A stretch of 49,854 nt of DNA from Octopus bimaculoides (lineage: Eukaryota): positions 21,974,639-22,024,492 of the forward strand of contig NC_068988.1 in the NCBI RefSeq assembly GCF_001194135.2. Reading direction: 5' to 3'. How positions within the stretch are numbered: position 1 is the first letter of the stretch; the number at the start of each line of letters is the position of its first letter. Position numbers and translations under genes: made by a program. Shown here piece after piece: positions 48,616-49,854 of the stretch. The notes beneath the pieces are model-generated. The model was given only the letters and a program-made list of their open reading frames with translations. It did not search any database and had not been told where the DNA came from.

Positions 48616-49602
48616 ATTTATACCCACTATTAATTCTTTTTTGGATAGACATGGGCGTAGTAACCCGTAAGAAAGGAAAACAACACACACACACTACATA
48701 CACACATATACACGAACATAAATACATATTTATGTAAATATATAGATATATACACAAACATGCAAACACATCGTCCCTCTCTATCTCTCACACACAAATA
48801 GATATATAGCTATCTGTGTATCATAATAAATGAATGTACATTGCAGACAAGTATGCTACTGTTGTTTTGCACAAGAAAAAAAAAATTCTCCATATATATG
48901 TGTTCAAAACATAATACATAATATGTATCGATGCGAAACAAATTTTGCCGAAGCAGTGACTTTGTCACATGCCTGGACGAAATTTGATCTTTGATATTTA
49001 AACAGCATTAACTGGTATTGCTGAATGATTGCTGGTCCGTAAAAAACTCCGTGTACTTAACTGAAACAATACTAAATCAAAAAGCCAGCTCTGTTTCATA
49101 CAAAATGTAAATACCCCATAGAAATGTATGCTGTGTGGTATTATCCGAAATTAAATATCTCCGTAAACATGCTGCATTCAGAATAGAAAAATATAGCGAA
49201 ATATCAAGAGATTCAAGAGAGCATTAGATGCGATCCGCCTTCCTTGACATGCGAAGAAACGGTAGCCGTCATTGACAACCCCTCAGGCAGACCAAACGTA
49301 TTTAACGTTCCTATGAATCACGGTGGCAAGAATATTCGAACTGCGCACGTATAGCCTGATTGGAAATCGTACTACCAATGACACAAGTTGTATTCAGAGT
49401 ATATACGCTTGACTATGTATGATCTAAATGGATTCATTTCTGAAAAGCATATTATTTATGTTAAGTGTAGTGGCATATACGGCAAAAGTTCAAAGGCCCG
49501 TTTTTTTAATTCTATTTTATATTTAAATTTTGCAACTACACATACATACATACATACATACAGGTACACACGCACATACACGCAAACACACACACATCAA
49601 TA

Positions 49603-49765
49603 ACAGCATAGTTGAATGAATAAGAAATTCGCTTTGCAACAAGGTGGCTTCGGTATCAATATCACTGTGGAGAGTCTTTGGCAAGTGTCTTTTGATATAA
49701 TCCAAGCCTGACCAATGCATCGCAAGTGAATTTGGTAGACGGAAACTTAGCGGAAGACCATCGTA
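49603..49765 (+). mobile_element. Old SINE-A head and central domain ending in a microsatellite
   Basis: TTGGCAAGTGTCTT...GTGAATTTGGTAGACGGAAACT...CCATCGTA. Confidence 0.75.
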
Positions 49766-49854
49766 CGCATATATATATATACATACATATATGTATATCT
49801 ACCTATCTATCTGTCTATCTATCTACTTATGCATCCGTATTATCAGTATATGTT

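Overview
AT-rich eukaryotic DNA packed with microsatellites, with 14 N-gaps totalling about 4.0 kb. The repeat families and microsatellite load look like an Octopus (coleoid cephalopod) short-read assembly; this is inferred from remembered repeat sequences, not from a search. No host protein-coding gene, intact tRNA or rRNA, CRISPR array or prokaryotic system can be supported. Almost all ORFs in the supplied track are microsatellite or gap artefacts. The window holds many copies or fragments of at least five tRNA-headed SINE families, which I label A-E. It also holds four clearly decayed autonomous elements: a Tc1/mariner DD41D transposase (5866-6603), a mariner DD34D-type element (22949-23995), a Penelope-like RT-linker/GIY-YIG remnant (19695-20486) and a CR1/L2-group LINE ORF2 C-terminus (47830-48200). 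A probable LINE ORF1 zinc-knuckle remnant lies at about 3900-4700 on the minus strand. The most interesting patterns are recurrent head-to-tail SINE-B pairs, two different SINE heads sharing one 3' module, a 44-bp-stem hairpin with A-C mismatches, a 38-bp foldback junction beside a gap, an unexplained ~60-nt dispersed module, and many nearby inverted SINE pairs. I found no clear new biological system; these are leads, not discoveries.
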